A stretch of 64,000 nucleotides of DNA, from IMG/VR virus record IMGVR_UViG_3300044712_001838. The stretch is one strand, 5' to 3'. The position numbers were made by a program, and so were the translations under genes. The first letter of the stretch is position 1. Every line of letters begins with the position of its first letter. Positions 36,983 to 46,293 of this stretch are shown in pieces. Under the pieces are notes generated by a model. That model ran no database searches, was not told where the DNA came from, and saw nothing but the letters and a program-made list of their open reading frames with translations. This stretch comes from an uncultured virus (IMG/VR IMGVR_UViG_3300044712_001838) (Duplodnaviria > Heunggongvirae > Uroviricota > Caudoviricetes).

Positions 36983-37360
36983 CTAACGTATTTGCACTTT
37001 CGGGAGCGGGCTTCCCGTCGCCTGATGATAGACGATTCGCGGGTAGGCTTTGCCGGAGTTGTTGACGGCGCGAGACTGAATCTCAACCCAACCGCGCTCG
37101 ATGCCGCGCTCAACTTCGCTTGCCTCTGCTTTGGTCGCTTCGCGGATTGTCGGGACTGGTCCGGGAAAGGTTCGATGCAGCTTCAGTTCATTGGTGTCTT
37201 TGCGGAACTCGTAGCTGCCGCCGCCTGCGACAAGGACGCCGACAATAGCATGTCCGGGCTGGAATTTGGTCGGATCTTCGCTGAGTGTCATCCAGTTGGC
37301 GATGATTTCGTCGGCTGTTGTCCCAAGGGACGGCGGGACATAGGGTTTCTTTTCCGGCAT
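36983..37360 (-). CDS. hypothetical protein (array gene)
   Basis: Motif plus GGAGGG RBS; stop inside next motif. Confidence 0.75.
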   Translation of the reverse strand: MPEKKPYVPPSLGTTADEIIANWMTLSEDPTKFQPGHAIVGVLVAGGGSYEFRKDTNELKLHRTFPGPVPTIREATKAEASEVERGIERGWVEIQSRAVNNSGKAYPRIVYHQATGSPLPKVQIR

Positions 37361-37416
37361 GATTTGCCCTCCGAATCAGTCGCCTGCTCCTAATGCCGTC
37401 CTAACGGAGTTTGCAC

Positions 37417-37674
37417 TCAGTCGGCGATGAACTTGCGAGGCGCGACCGCCTTGACGGTCTTCTCGGTCTTGTTCGGGTTCTTGAGCATAACGGTCAGGCG
37501 GAACTCGATGCCGTTGCGCGTCTGATGCGCCGAAACGAATGCTCGGGCGCGCATCTTGCCCTGCGTAATGACGCCGTCTTTGCGCTCATGGGCGGGAGAG
37601 ACAACGTCAATGCAGGCGATTTCGTTGGAGCGGGTAGTCAGGACGGATTCGTCGACGACGATCTCTTGTCTCAT
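37417..37674 (-). CDS. hypothetical protein (array gene)
   Basis: GGGAG RBS. Confidence 0.65.
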   Translation of the reverse strand: MRQEIVVDESVLTTRSNEIACIDVVSPAHERKDGVITQGKMRARAFVSAHQTRNGIEFRLTVMLKNPNKTEKTVKAVAPRKFIAD

Positions 37675-37687
37675 GGTGTCAACTCCC

Positions 37688-37930
37688 TTAGCTGATTGCA
37701 TTGCCCGCGATCAAGTAGGCGTCTACAGTCGCCTGTAACGGATGAACGAGTTTAGGCTTGACCAGCGGGAACTGTCTGCTGCGATCTTTTGCATGAAAGT
37801 CGCGAGTGTTAATCGCGGATTCTTTGGACTTTGAAACGAAGACTGTAACCCAAGCCGCTTTGGTGTCAGAAACCTTTTGGTAGAGCTTTACGGCGTAAAG
37901 GTCTTTTCTGCAAACCAATGGATGCGGCAT
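37688..37930 (-). CDS. hypothetical protein (array gene)
   Basis: Motif plus GAGGG RBS. Confidence 0.7.
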   Translation of the reverse strand: MPHPLVCRKDLYAVKLYQKVSDTKAAWVTVFVSKSKESAINTRDFHAKDRSRQFPLVKPKLVHPLQATVDAYLIAGNAIS

Positions 37931-37971
37931 GATGTTTCCCTCTGTCTTGCTCGCCTGCTCCTAATGCCGCC

Positions 37972-38160
37972 CTAACAGGCGGGAACAACCTTTTGGCAGG
38001 CGTCGGGCTTGACGTTGAATTTCCTGCTGCCGTCGAAGACGGTTACGGTCTTATTGGCGTTGAAGTCGCGGACCGTCGCGAGAAACGATAGTCCGGCGAA
38101 AGTCGCCATAACGAGTTGACCGTAGCGGAAGGGCTTTGCTTGCGTTTCGGGCTGATGCAT
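37972..38160 (-). CDS. hypothetical protein (array gene)
   Basis: Motif plus GGAG RBS; stop inside next motif. Confidence 0.7.
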   Translation of the reverse strand: MHQPETQAKPFRYGQLVMATFAGLSFLATVRDFNANKTVTVFDGSRKFNVKPDACQKVVPAC

Positions 38161-38476
38161 GGTAATCTCCGATGGTTGTTCTGATACTTACATAGGCTGC
38201 TCCTAATGGAAACCTAATTTCCATAGGACTGACACCGAAAAATCGGCGTTTTTCGCCCGGCGACCAGGTCACGCCCAGGTCACAGCCAGGTTCGGGGCAT
38301 GGGTTTTACGAGTGCAAGATTGATTTGGGTTTTGTTAGGAGCAGGCGACGGTCGCATGGGAACAACAGCATTCGCCTTTTTACTATTCTCGAATCTGGCT
38401 CTGGTCATTTGGAACAGCCGCGAGACACCATCTTACGGCAGAATCAAAGCGATCAGGCGGTTCAGAAAGGCAAAAC

Positions 38477-38959
38477 ATGCGGTCTAAAATCGCAATCGGC
38501 AAACTGGACGAAGTTACCGAACCGAGGACAGGGAAAAAGACAATCGTTGTCCGTGTTCCCGAAGGCACTCCCGGCAATTGGATCTCGTTTTTCGTCGGCA
38601 ATACCAACATGGTCAGAGACGAGCAGATCCATCCATCGCGGGGCGGCGGGCATGTTACCGATCCGTTCGTCCTGTGTCAGTATGACCCGCAGGATCAGTT
38701 CGCCTACATCGTCCCGCTCCCGAGTGTTTTTGTCGCCAGCGAGTTTCGTTGCACCCGCAACAAGCCGTATGTCGGCAACTGTCCGGGCGCGAAAGACCAT
38801 TCGGCGCGGCAGGGATACTACATCGTCGCCTTCAGCGCAGACGAAGCGATAAAGCAGATGGAAGCGAAGTTCCCCGACGAGCCGGAAGGCTTTACCGCGA
38901 AGTTCTGGAAATACGCGGATCGTCGTCCCGAGACGGTTCGCTACGAGCCTCTGTGCTAG
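38477..38959 (+). CDS. hypothetical protein (array gene)
   Basis: AAGG RBS, 160 aa. Confidence 0.75.
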   Translation: MRSKIAIGKLDEVTEPRTGKKTIVVRVPEGTPGNWISFFVGNTNMVRDEQIHPSRGGGHVTDPFVLCQYDPQDQFAYIVPLPSVFVASEFRCTRNKPYVGNCPGAKDHSARQGYYIVAFSADEAIKQMEAKFPDEPEGFTAKFWKYADRRPETVRYEPLC

Positions 38960-39012
38960 GCGCGTTCGGGTTCCGTTAGGAGCAGGCGACAGCATTGAAG
39001 CGAGGCATAAAC

Positions 39013-39393
39013 ATGCAATACGGATGCTACGCAATCGAAGTAACAGAGAAGGGACCGAGGATTAGCCATTTCGCGGAAAACGCCGATAATGTCGGACAGG
39101 CGTTTCGGAAAGCGGCGGCAGAGCATCCAAATTGCGCGTTGAACATTGGCGATACGGAAATGATAACACTTCCTTGCGCCGTCGCCTTCGCGGTTGAGGG
39201 CAAGCGATACGTCCAGATGTTTAACGCCGACGAGGGAGACGAAGCGGCGCGGGATTATGTCCTTGAGAAAGTCGTCAACTTCTACAACTTGTTGATTGCG
39301 CATTGCGCTGCAAAGCGGGTTGACTGCGTCGCGCTCATAACGAAGGAAGGCGCGAGCTTGAGCATCGAGGGCGGAGCGATGGCGATGTTTTAA
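39013..39393 (+). CDS. hypothetical protein (array gene)
   Basis: Motif plus GAGG RBS. Confidence 0.75.
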   Translation: MQYGCYAIEVTEKGPRISHFAENADNVGQAFRKAAAEHPNCALNIGDTEMITLPCAVAFAVEGKRYVQMFNADEGDEAARDYVLEKVVNFYNLLIAHCAAKRVDCVALITKEGASLSIEGGAMAMF

Positions 39394-39432
39394 CGCCGAC
39401 GCAAAACGCCGACAAGTGCAAGAGAGGGAGCC

Positions 39433-39612
39433 ATGAAAACAGGCGACAAGGTTCTATTTGGCACCGAAAAGGAGGAAGGCGTCGTCGCCATCGAGGGCAC
39501 GGGGGAGAAGCTGAAAGCCAAAGCTGTCTTTCATGGGTTCAACATCATCGTCGAAGGCTACGAGGACGAGGTTCTTGGAGTCCTTGAACAGATTTTCAAA
39601 CCCAAGGCGTAG
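39433..39612 (+). CDS. hypothetical protein (59 aa, not in ORF track)
   Basis: GAGGGAG RBS; MKTGDKVLFGTEKEEG... Confidence 0.7.
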   Translation: MKTGDKVLFGTEKEEGVVAIEGTGEKLKAKAVFHGFNIIVEGYEDEVLGVLEQIFKPKA

Positions 39613-39671
39613 AGTGTCAAGGTTGTTAGGCTTCCATTAGGAGCAGTCGCTCATATTGGAGGGAACAAATC

Positions 39672-40061
39672 ATGCCGCTAACAATCTGCGAGAACCCGAA
39701 TCCGAGCATTGAAGAAGTAGCCGCGACACTGTTAGGCAATATCGGCGCGTACTTGGAAACGAAGGAATACGAATCCGAGCCGCGCAAGATGACGCCTTCA
39801 AGGGCGGCGGCGATTGAACGGACGATTTTCTCCGATCCGCTTGACACCTTCAAGTTCTTTACGGATGCTGAGTCGGTTGTCCGCCAGACGAAGGATCAGA
39901 ACTGGATAATTACGATCAAGACCATGAGCCGCAAGAACATTGACGACAAGAAGTATCAATGGCGTTCGTTGCGGCTGGACCGGATGAAACTTGACACCGT
40001 TTTGGTCAACGCTGGCAGCAAGGGCAAGGTCCGCGTCTTCCCCAACGTCGCGGCAAGCTGA
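39672..40061 (+). CDS. hypothetical protein (array gene)
   Basis: Motif plus GGAGGG RBS. Confidence 0.75.
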   Translation: MPLTICENPNPSIEEVAATLLGNIGAYLETKEYESEPRKMTPSRAAAIERTIFSDPLDTFKFFTDAESVVRQTKDQNWIITIKTMSRKNIDDKKYQWRSLRLDRMKLDTVLVNAGSKGKVRVFPNVAAS

Positions 40062-40274
40062 GGGAAAACCGATGAGCAGTCTGCAAGAGACTTTGAAATC
40101 GGTTCGCCCGAGCAATCGGTGCTTTAGCTGCGGCAAGTTACTAAACCCGAAAAAGAAGTACAGATGGCACTATGCTCCGTCGAAATCGTCTAGGACGGCA
40201 ATCGTATTCGTCGCCTTCTGTTGTCATTAGGCTTCTGTTAGGAGCAGGCGACTGTAGCATGGGAGGATAAACCC

Positions 40275-40475
40275 ATGAGCAAAGCCCTTAAACTTCTTGA
40301 CGGACTTTTGGCTGTTGGACTTGCTTCACCGCATTTTCCGCATAAGATTAGCGATGCAATTAGCATTGTCGAAGATGCTTATGCACGGCATGAATTAACA
40401 CTCCGCCAGACCGTCGCGCTGGATAAGGCGTTGCTGATTTTGGCAAAACGCCGACGAGAGTGTCAACCGTCTTAG
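40275..40475 (+). CDS. hypothetical protein (array gene)
   Basis: Motif plus GGAGG RBS; stop inside next motif. Confidence 0.7.
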   Translation: MSKALKLLDGLLAVGLASPHFPHKISDAISIVEDAYARHELTLRQTVALDKALLILAKRRRECQPS

Positions 40476-40521
40476 GCTCCCGTTAGGAGCAGGCGACTGT
40501 AGCATCTAAGGGAGATTTAAC

Positions 40522-41160
40522 ATGCGCAAAGACTGCATGAAGGGCAAAAAAGGGTTCTTACACTGTTACGCTTCCGGCGATGGTTCGCTGTCCTTCTGCT
40601 GGCAAGACGCTGAAGGCAAAGCCAGCGGCAATACGGTAACACTGGCAGAAGCGCGGCGGTTCCTGAAGCGCAAGAGCGAAAAGCATCTGCTGTACGATCA
40701 TGCGATGGTTCCTTGTAACCTTCATGGTCATGTCATTTTGGCGCATCGGGTTACTCGCCTTGACAAAGACACTCTGCGGATTCATGGCGAGGGCGAATAC
40801 TCGCACGATGGCGATTTCAAGGTCAAGATCGACGAGTCGTTACGGTTCGCCGACGGTTCATTGGGCGACCACGCGATTGCCCTGACCTTCACCTTGCCGA
40901 AATTCCCCGAGCTTGGGGAGCGCATCTGTCAGAACATCAACATCTGCGCGGCGATCCGTTTCTTCCTCAACAACGAGGAGAAGCTGACGAAGGTTTTCGC
41001 TGAGACACCCGAGCCGCCTCCAATGCCCGCCAAGACGCCCAAGCCCGCCCGCATCAAGCAAGAAGCTGCGAGGATCGCGCTAGACGCCTGCAAGCAGTTG
41101 CTCGACGGTCATATCGAAGCTGCCAAACTTTTGGCGCAGACCGCAATCGCTGGTGCTTAG
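40522..41160 (+). CDS. hypothetical protein (array gene)
   Basis: Motif plus GGGAG RBS; stop inside next motif. Confidence 0.8.
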   Translation: MRKDCMKGKKGFLHCYASGDGSLSFCWQDAEGKASGNTVTLAEARRFLKRKSEKHLLYDHAMVPCNLHGHVILAHRVTRLDKDTLRIHGEGEYSHDGDFKVKIDESLRFADGSLGDHAIALTFTLPKFPELGERICQNINICAAIRFFLNNEEKLTKVFAETPEPPPMPAKTPKPARIKQEAARIALDACKQLLDGHIEAAKLLAQTAIAGA

Positions 41161-41204
41161 GCTCCTGTTAGGAGCAGGCGACAGGGAAAAGCGAGGAAAC
41201 ACCG

Positions 41205-41594
41205 ATGAGTGCAGCATCCAGAGCCAGAGAAGCCGCCGCCCGAGAAGCGGCAAAGCGCAAACAGGCGGAACTTGAAGCCGCCGATATGCCGAATCCCGAT
41301 GAGACACCGCCGCCAGGGACTTTCTTCGCTGGCAGAAACGCCGACGGCTCTCCCAAATGGGAAGCAGATCCCGAGTTCTCCGGCTTGCTGGAACGCTATT
41401 TCAAGAACCATGCCGCCATGAAAGACACCTACGGGCTAAAGCGGCTGGCTGTTACCGAGGAAGGCGTCGAAGTTGTCCCCAATGGGCAACGTTACATGAC
41501 CGTCATTGAGGCGCGGGACATTGACCGCGCTGGCGTAATCTACCAGAACTTGCTGAGCGGCATCGCGCGTCCAGCTCCCGCCTTCGGGGGATAG
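41205..41594 (+). CDS. hypothetical protein (array gene)
   Basis: Motif plus GAGG RBS. Confidence 0.75.
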   Translation: MSAASRAREAAAREAAKRKQAELEAADMPNPDETPPPGTFFAGRNADGSPKWEADPEFSGLLERYFKNHAAMKDTYGLKRLAVTEEGVEVVPNGQRYMTVIEARDIDRAGVIYQNLLSGIARPAPAFGG

Positions 41595-41649
41595 TGTCAG
41601 TCGTCTTCGGGTTGCGTTAGGAGCAGGCGACTAGGGCAAAGGGGAAGCC

Positions 41650-41916
41650 ATGACCGTAGCCGTACATCCGCGCATTAAGAATTTTCAGTACCAGATCAGG
41701 GAATTTACCGACTGGATTGCTTGCCGCAACGCAAGCTGCGAAGCGATGGATCAGGGCTTTTTCCGGCAAGGCGTCAAATGCGGTTTCGTAATGATAAACC
41801 GGATCGGCGCGACGCTGTTTTACGTCAAAGGCGTCGCTACCCAAGCCGACTTGGATTTCTGGACCAAAGGGACGCCATACCCGAAAACGCCGACCAACGA
41901 GTGCAAGACTCGTTAG
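41650..41916 (+). CDS. hypothetical protein (array gene)
   Basis: Motif plus AGGGG RBS; stop inside next motif. Confidence 0.75.
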   Translation: MTVAVHPRIKNFQYQIREFTDWIACRNASCEAMDQGFFRQGVKCGFVMINRIGATLFYVKGVATQADLDFWTKGTPYPKTPTNECKTR

Positions 41917-41958
41917 GTTCCCATTAGGAGCAGGCGACTGTAGTACGGAGACAACATC

Positions 41959-42327
41959 ATGCGAACTGCCGAACAACTTGCCGCTGAAGTCAAACGAGAC
42001 TATCCGAATGACACCTATCGTCCGAACGGCATTCTTCGCGTTCGCAGCTATGTTACCTTCTTGAGCTTTGACGAGCTTGGGGCGGCGAAACATGCGGTTT
42101 ATACCAACGCGCTGGCGTTCGCGGAAACGATCAAGGAGGCGGGCTGGCAAGAAGTCGAAGTCCATGCCGCAGAACCCGAGATACTTTACGGCGGCGGTTT
42201 GAAGGTCGAAGCGTTGATTTCCATTCGCGGCAAATTTGACTGGCGGGACAACAGCGACTACGATCCATTCGACAAGAAGGTAATGAAGCCGATCCGCAAG
42301 GCTCAGCGCAAGAAGAAGACACCATGA
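41959..42327 (+). CDS. hypothetical protein (array gene)
   Basis: Motif plus GGAG RBS. Confidence 0.75.
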   Translation: MRTAEQLAAEVKRDYPNDTYRPNGILRVRSYVTFLSFDELGAAKHAVYTNALAFAETIKEAGWQEVEVHAAEPEILYGGGLKVEALISIRGKFDWRDNSDYDPFDKKVMKPIRKAQRKKKTP

Positions 42328-42491
42328 AGTACAAATCGACAAACGGCAACGTCTTGACCATTCGGTTCAAGGGCAACAAGGCGTACATCCGTTACGAGGG
42401 CGCGGCGCGACCAATGATTCGTTCCGCAGCTTATATCCGCTCCCTGATCGGCAAAGGCATTTTTCGCGCCATTAAGTGCAACACTCATTAG
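42324..42491 (+). CDS. small basic protein (55 aa, not in ORF track)
   Basis: ATGA coupling; stop inside next motif. Confidence 0.6.
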   Translation: MKYKSTNGNVLTIRFKGNKAYIRYEGAARPMIRSAAYIRSLIGKGIFRAIKCNTH

Positions 42492-42535
42492 GGTTGCATT
42501 AGGAGCAGTCGCCTGTTGTATAGGAGGTACGAAAG

Positions 42536-43018
42536 ATGCGTCCGACAACGAACGAAGAAATGAAAGCGCGGGAAAAGAAATTCAACGGGCTTCAAATCAA
42601 TCCGTTGCACTTTACGGAAGTCAAGAGCCTGTCCGACTTGTTTGTTTCGATTGTTCCGTACGACGCCAATAGCCCGATGAAGCATACGTACGGGAACGAT
42701 CCGGCGACGGACTTGGATGGGGTTTATTGGTGTCAAGTTACGGATGCGACCAATCGCCGCAAGAATTACTCGCTGCATGTTTGCCCGACTGCGGAGATCC
42801 GCGAGTACATGTCGCGCAACATGCTGTACGGGAACGGCATCTACTTCCAAATCGTCCTGCGCGCTGGCAAGGCGAACGAACCCGAGACGGCTTTGGTAAC
42901 GGCGACCTATGACCAAATCATCGGGAGCCATTGGCTCGCGGAGATGACACGCAACGACATTCCGACCGAGCGCGAGATCCGCATTCGCGACCTTCGCGCC
43001 AAGAAGGCGATCGCTTAG
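42536..43018 (+). CDS. hypothetical protein (array gene)
   Basis: Motif plus AGGAGG RBS; stop inside next motif. Confidence 0.8.
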   Translation: MRPTTNEEMKAREKKFNGLQINPLHFTEVKSLSDLFVSIVPYDANSPMKHTYGNDPATDLDGVYWCQVTDATNRRKNYSLHVCPTAEIREYMSRNMLYGNGIYFQIVLRAGKANEPETALVTATYDQIIGSHWLAEMTRNDIPTEREIRIRDLRAKKAIA

Positions 43019-43046
43019 GCTTCTGTTAGGAGCAAAGGAGCGCAGC

Positions 43047-43302
43047 ACCAATGTTCTAGGACAGCCATCGGCGGCAGCCTCCCTTATGTAGCCGAGGGAC
43101 ATATCGGCTGGAACACAACGCACCCAAGTAGCAGATGAGCGAACGGGGCAAAACCCTCAGATATCCAGACGGAGAAACGAGTATGGACTGGCCGTAGCGT
43201 AGCACCCAAAAACTGCGAGCGACTAGGAACCGACCACAGAGAGACAAACGAAGATGAGAACCCGATAGGGAGCGGCTTGAGAAACCGACTCCCTCTTTTT
43301 TT
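43047..43302 (+). ncRNA. candidate structured ncRNA (~255 nt)
   Basis: Starts at the motif's inferred +1, no RBS-led ORF, internal hairpins, ends in an AGGGAG-CGG/CCG-CTCCCT hairpin plus T7. Confidence 0.6.
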
Positions 43303-43569
43303 GCCTTTCCGCAAATCATGACACCGGAAAAAGTCGACATCCCCGGCATCACCAGGCGATCCAGGGCATCATCGCCCGGTCAGTCGACACGGAAATACGC
43401 CGACCCCAATTATTAAGCCGTTGCCTGCACGGGGTTTGCATAAACGCCGACGACGGGCTGGATGTCATCCAGGATCGCCCAGGAGCATCCAGGACATCAC
43501 CAGGCATCAAAGCGGGCTTTTTCAAGTGCAAGGTTGCTTAGGTTTCCGTTAGGAGCAGTCGCCTGCTAC

Positions 43570-43785
43570 ATGGATGGATCTACAACAAACTTCTCAAGCT
43601 GTATGCAATGCAAGGACGAAGTCAGCGGCAAAACAGGCGACTTCATTCATGCAGGCGATAGAAAGGCTATCAGTCCAGTCTTTGACCATTGGGACGAGCT
43701 TTGCCGCTGGATGAATGCGAACGGCTGGAAATCCGCCGAACACGTTGGCGACAAGTACGTTCCGTTCCGCGTAGTCCGCGCATAA
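43570..43785 (+). CDS. hypothetical protein (leaderless array gene)
   Basis: ATG 21 nt after second TTAGG. Confidence 0.7.
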   Translation: MDGSTTNFSSCMQCKDEVSGKTGDFIHAGDRKAISPVFDHWDELCRWMNANGWKSAEHVGDKYVPFRVVRA

Positions 43786-43798
43786 GGTAAAAACGCCG

Positions 43799-44188
43799 AT
43801 GAAGCCAGTCCGCCGAAAGATTGCAAAATGGGAGCGCGGGCAAGGGAACGCGGGTTACTTTTATGAGTACCGTTACACTCTTGTCTGCGGTCATACTCAA
43901 AGCGAATACTCAAACCGCAATCCCCCGCCAAAGACGACTCAATGTAACGTCTGTACGCATACCGCCAACGGCATTGACGACCTTGCAAACGGAAAGTACG
44001 ATTACATTCCCGTAGCGGAGCGCGTTCCGCTCCATGCGAGCAAGGCGGAGGGATTCCTCCAGATTGGCGACCATTTCAACGCTGCCGCCCATGCGCGCGA
44101 AGTCTTGAAATTGGGCGCAGAAGGCTGGATCGGGACGCCGCCTTACGTCCGGGCGCAAGAAGTGCTCAAAGCATTAGGTATCCAGTAG
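43799..44188 (+). CDS. hypothetical protein with LxCGH...CxxC
   Basis: TLVCGH ... CNVC; stop inside next motif. Confidence 0.7.
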   Translation: MKPVRRKIAKWERGQGNAGYFYEYRYTLVCGHTQSEYSNRNPPPKTTQCNVCTHTANGIDDLANGKYDYIPVAERVPLHASKAEGFLQIGDHFNAAAHAREVLKLGAEGWIGTPPYVRAQEVLKALGIQ

Positions 44189-44218
44189 GAGCAGGCGACG
44201 GTACAAAGGGAGAACCTC

Positions 44219-44458
44219 ATGGACATTAACCAAGACGTTGCGATGCAAGTCTGTACCCAAGCCAACGGCAAAAAGCGCAACCGCGAGTTCCAGGGCAGTT
44301 ACGCCGATTGCCTTGACTTCGCCAAGACACTCGCCGCCAAGTTCGCCCAAGAAGGCTGGATCGTCGAGCACGACGAGACCACTTGCGAATGGTACTTGAG
44401 CAAAGCGGGAGAAACGTCTTTCGAGATCGTCATGGGCGACGACGATACGGGCGAATAA
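44219..44458 (+). CDS. hypothetical protein (array gene)
   Basis: Motif plus GGGAG RBS. Confidence 0.75.
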   Translation: MDINQDVAMQVCTQANGKKRNREFQGSYADCLDFAKTLAAKFAQEGWIVEHDETTCEWYLSKAGETSFEIVMGDDDTGE

Positions 44459-44522
44459 CGCTCGAAGTGTCAGTCGTCTTCGGGTTGCGTTAGGAGCAGG
44501 CGACGGTGTTGGGAGATCCAAG

Positions 44523-44969
44523 ATGCCTACGAAAACCGAAAGACAACTGACCGAAGCCGAATTTTTCAATCTCATCGCGCCCATCGCCATTTACCATCGC
44601 GCGGATCTCATGTTCAAGAAGAAGGCTCAGAAAGCCCTACGAAAAATCCGCCGCGACTTCCCGAGCATTCTGACAGAACACTTGAAGTGCGACGAGACAA
44701 CGCCGCTGGACGAAACGAACAACGAGATTGCCGATGTTTACATTCAGGCTTTCATCAATGTCGTTCTGACCGAACAGCCGGATTGGACGACGTTCTACGA
44801 CCGCTACGGCGCGAAGGGCTTCAAAGACACTTCCGGCAAAGTCGTCTTCACAGGCGATTCTTCTGGCGAGTTCCCTTGGTACGAAACCGCCGAATTGCTC
44901 ATCGACCGGATCGAGCAGCATGTCGCTGACTCTGAGGCGCAAGCCGACTTGGAAGACGACGAGGATTGA
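44523..44969 (+). CDS. hypothetical protein (array gene)
   Basis: Motif plus GGGAG RBS. Confidence 0.75.
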   Translation: MPTKTERQLTEAEFFNLIAPIAIYHRADLMFKKKAQKALRKIRRDFPSILTEHLKCDETTPLDETNNEIADVYIQAFINVVLTEQPDWTTFYDRYGAKGFKDTSGKVVFTGDSSGEFPWYETAELLIDRIEQHVADSEAQADLEDDED

Positions 44970-44987
44970 GTGCAACGGAGAACAGGC

Positions 44988-45446
44988 ATGATTTTCAAAC
45001 CGACAACAAAGCGCAAGCTGTCTCGCGGGCAACGCATGGGACTTGAGGAATTGCGCGGGCAAGAGGTTGTTTTCATTCGCAATCTCGCCAACGGCATGAT
45101 TCGCGTCCGGTTCCCGTCTGACTTCGAGATGGATTGCTACCCCGAGGAACTCGTTGACACTCCCGCGCAGAAGATCGCCCTCATCCCCTTCGACGAGTAT
45201 ACCGAGCGCGCGGGGACGTTGCTGGTTGACGAAGACGGCGGCATGGTCGCATGGTTGACCATCAAGGACAACCTTCGCATCGAAATCAGTTGGCAGAAAG
45301 ACAACTATCCGTCGCTCCGCGTTACGATCATGGAGAAGACAGAAAAGAAGCTCGCTGCCCATATCCGCAAGAACTGCAAAGGCTGGTACGCCAAGAAGCT
45401 CAACGTCGAAGGCGTCAAGCTGAAGCATGACAGCCGCATCGCCTGA
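44988..45446 (+). CDS. hypothetical protein (array gene)
   Basis: GGAG RBS. Confidence 0.75.
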   Translation: MIFKPTTKRKLSRGQRMGLEELRGQEVVFIRNLANGMIRVRFPSDFEMDCYPEELVDTPAQKIALIPFDEYTERAGTLLVDEDGGMVAWLTIKDNLRIEISWQKDNYPSLRVTIMEKTEKKLAAHIRKNCKGWYAKKLNVEGVKLKHDSRIA

Positions 45447-45504
45447 GTGCAACATCGCTTAGGCTTCCGTTAGGAGCAGGCGACTGTAGCAGGAGGAACA
45501 TCAT

Positions 45505-45960
45505 ATGGGTTATTGTTACCAAGGCGGTCTTCTTTGCTGTGACGTTTGCGGGAATACGGGTGGAGTTCGCAAAAAGCGCTGCCCCCACGGCTGGTGTCAA
45601 CCCGTCGCCGTCTGTCCGACGTGCAACCAAAAGCCCGAGTTCAAGGCGAAATGGAAGACGGCGCATGTCGCCTGCAAGACTTCCAGCGAGAAGTATGCCG
45701 CCGAGCAAGCGCGGGAGCAGGAACTTCTGAACCAAGGCAAGGCGGTTCTTTGTTCCGCATTGAGCACCGACGACAATCGCGTTCATGCTCTGTTCCGTTT
45801 CAAGGACGGGACAACCGTTGGGCGGTTCATGTCGCATGAGGCATATGCCGCCATTGACCATAACAACGGTCCCGTTACAATCGAGAGTTACGAGGCATCT
45901 TTCCCGCTCGAAGAGGCTCCGGCAAACTTTCACGGCGCGACGACCAAATGTGTCAACTAA
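45505..45960 (+). CDS. Cys-rich hypothetical protein (array gene)
   Basis: Motif plus AGGAGG RBS; CCDVCG, CPHGWC, CPTC. Confidence 0.8.
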   Translation: MGYCYQGGLLCCDVCGNTGGVRKKRCPHGWCQPVAVCPTCNQKPEFKAKWKTAHVACKTSSEKYAAEQAREQELLNQGKAVLCSALSTDDNRVHALFRFKDGTTVGRFMSHEAYAAIDHNNGPVTIESYEASFPLEEAPANFHGATTKCVN

Positions 45961-46293
45961 CCTTACAAGTCGATCCCCGGGTAGGATTCTCGCCAATGAC
46001 GACATTTCGCAACCCTGAGTACCTTGAAGATCCCAAGCGTTGCAATTTCCAACTTGACACAAGCAAGGCGCGGGTCTACATTCGGCTGGCTGGAACCGTC
46101 AAGATCCACCTCTTCGAGATCGAGGCTCTTGCCCTGAACTTCTACTACGCCTTGTCCCGAGGGACGGCGGCTTGCTTCAGGGGAACAGGCGACGGGCGCC
46201 CCATTCTCCACCAGGACTTTCTTGACATCCCCTGAGTGCAACATCGCTTAGGGCTTTGTAGGAGCAGTCGAAACGTCAAGAGGAGAAACGCCG

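Larger units (their letters stand above)
33421..38217 (-). promoter_or_regulatory. 13 minus-strand copies of the TTAGG-N6-TTAGGAGCAGGCGAC motif (putative phage promoter)
   Basis: Copies at about 33421-44, 33892-917, 34097-122, 34692-715, 35089-114, 35375-98, 35696-720, 36110-34, 36432-57, 36961-86, 37379-404, 37951-75, 38197-217; each upstream of a minus-strand ORF. Confidence 0.9.

Noticed and set aside
43140..43165. c-di-GMP-I riboswitch (GGCAAAACCC resembles its GGCAAAC)
   Set aside because: The rest of the consensus (GNRA-capped P2, GACGCAAAGC, receptor stem) is not evident; needs an Infernal search.
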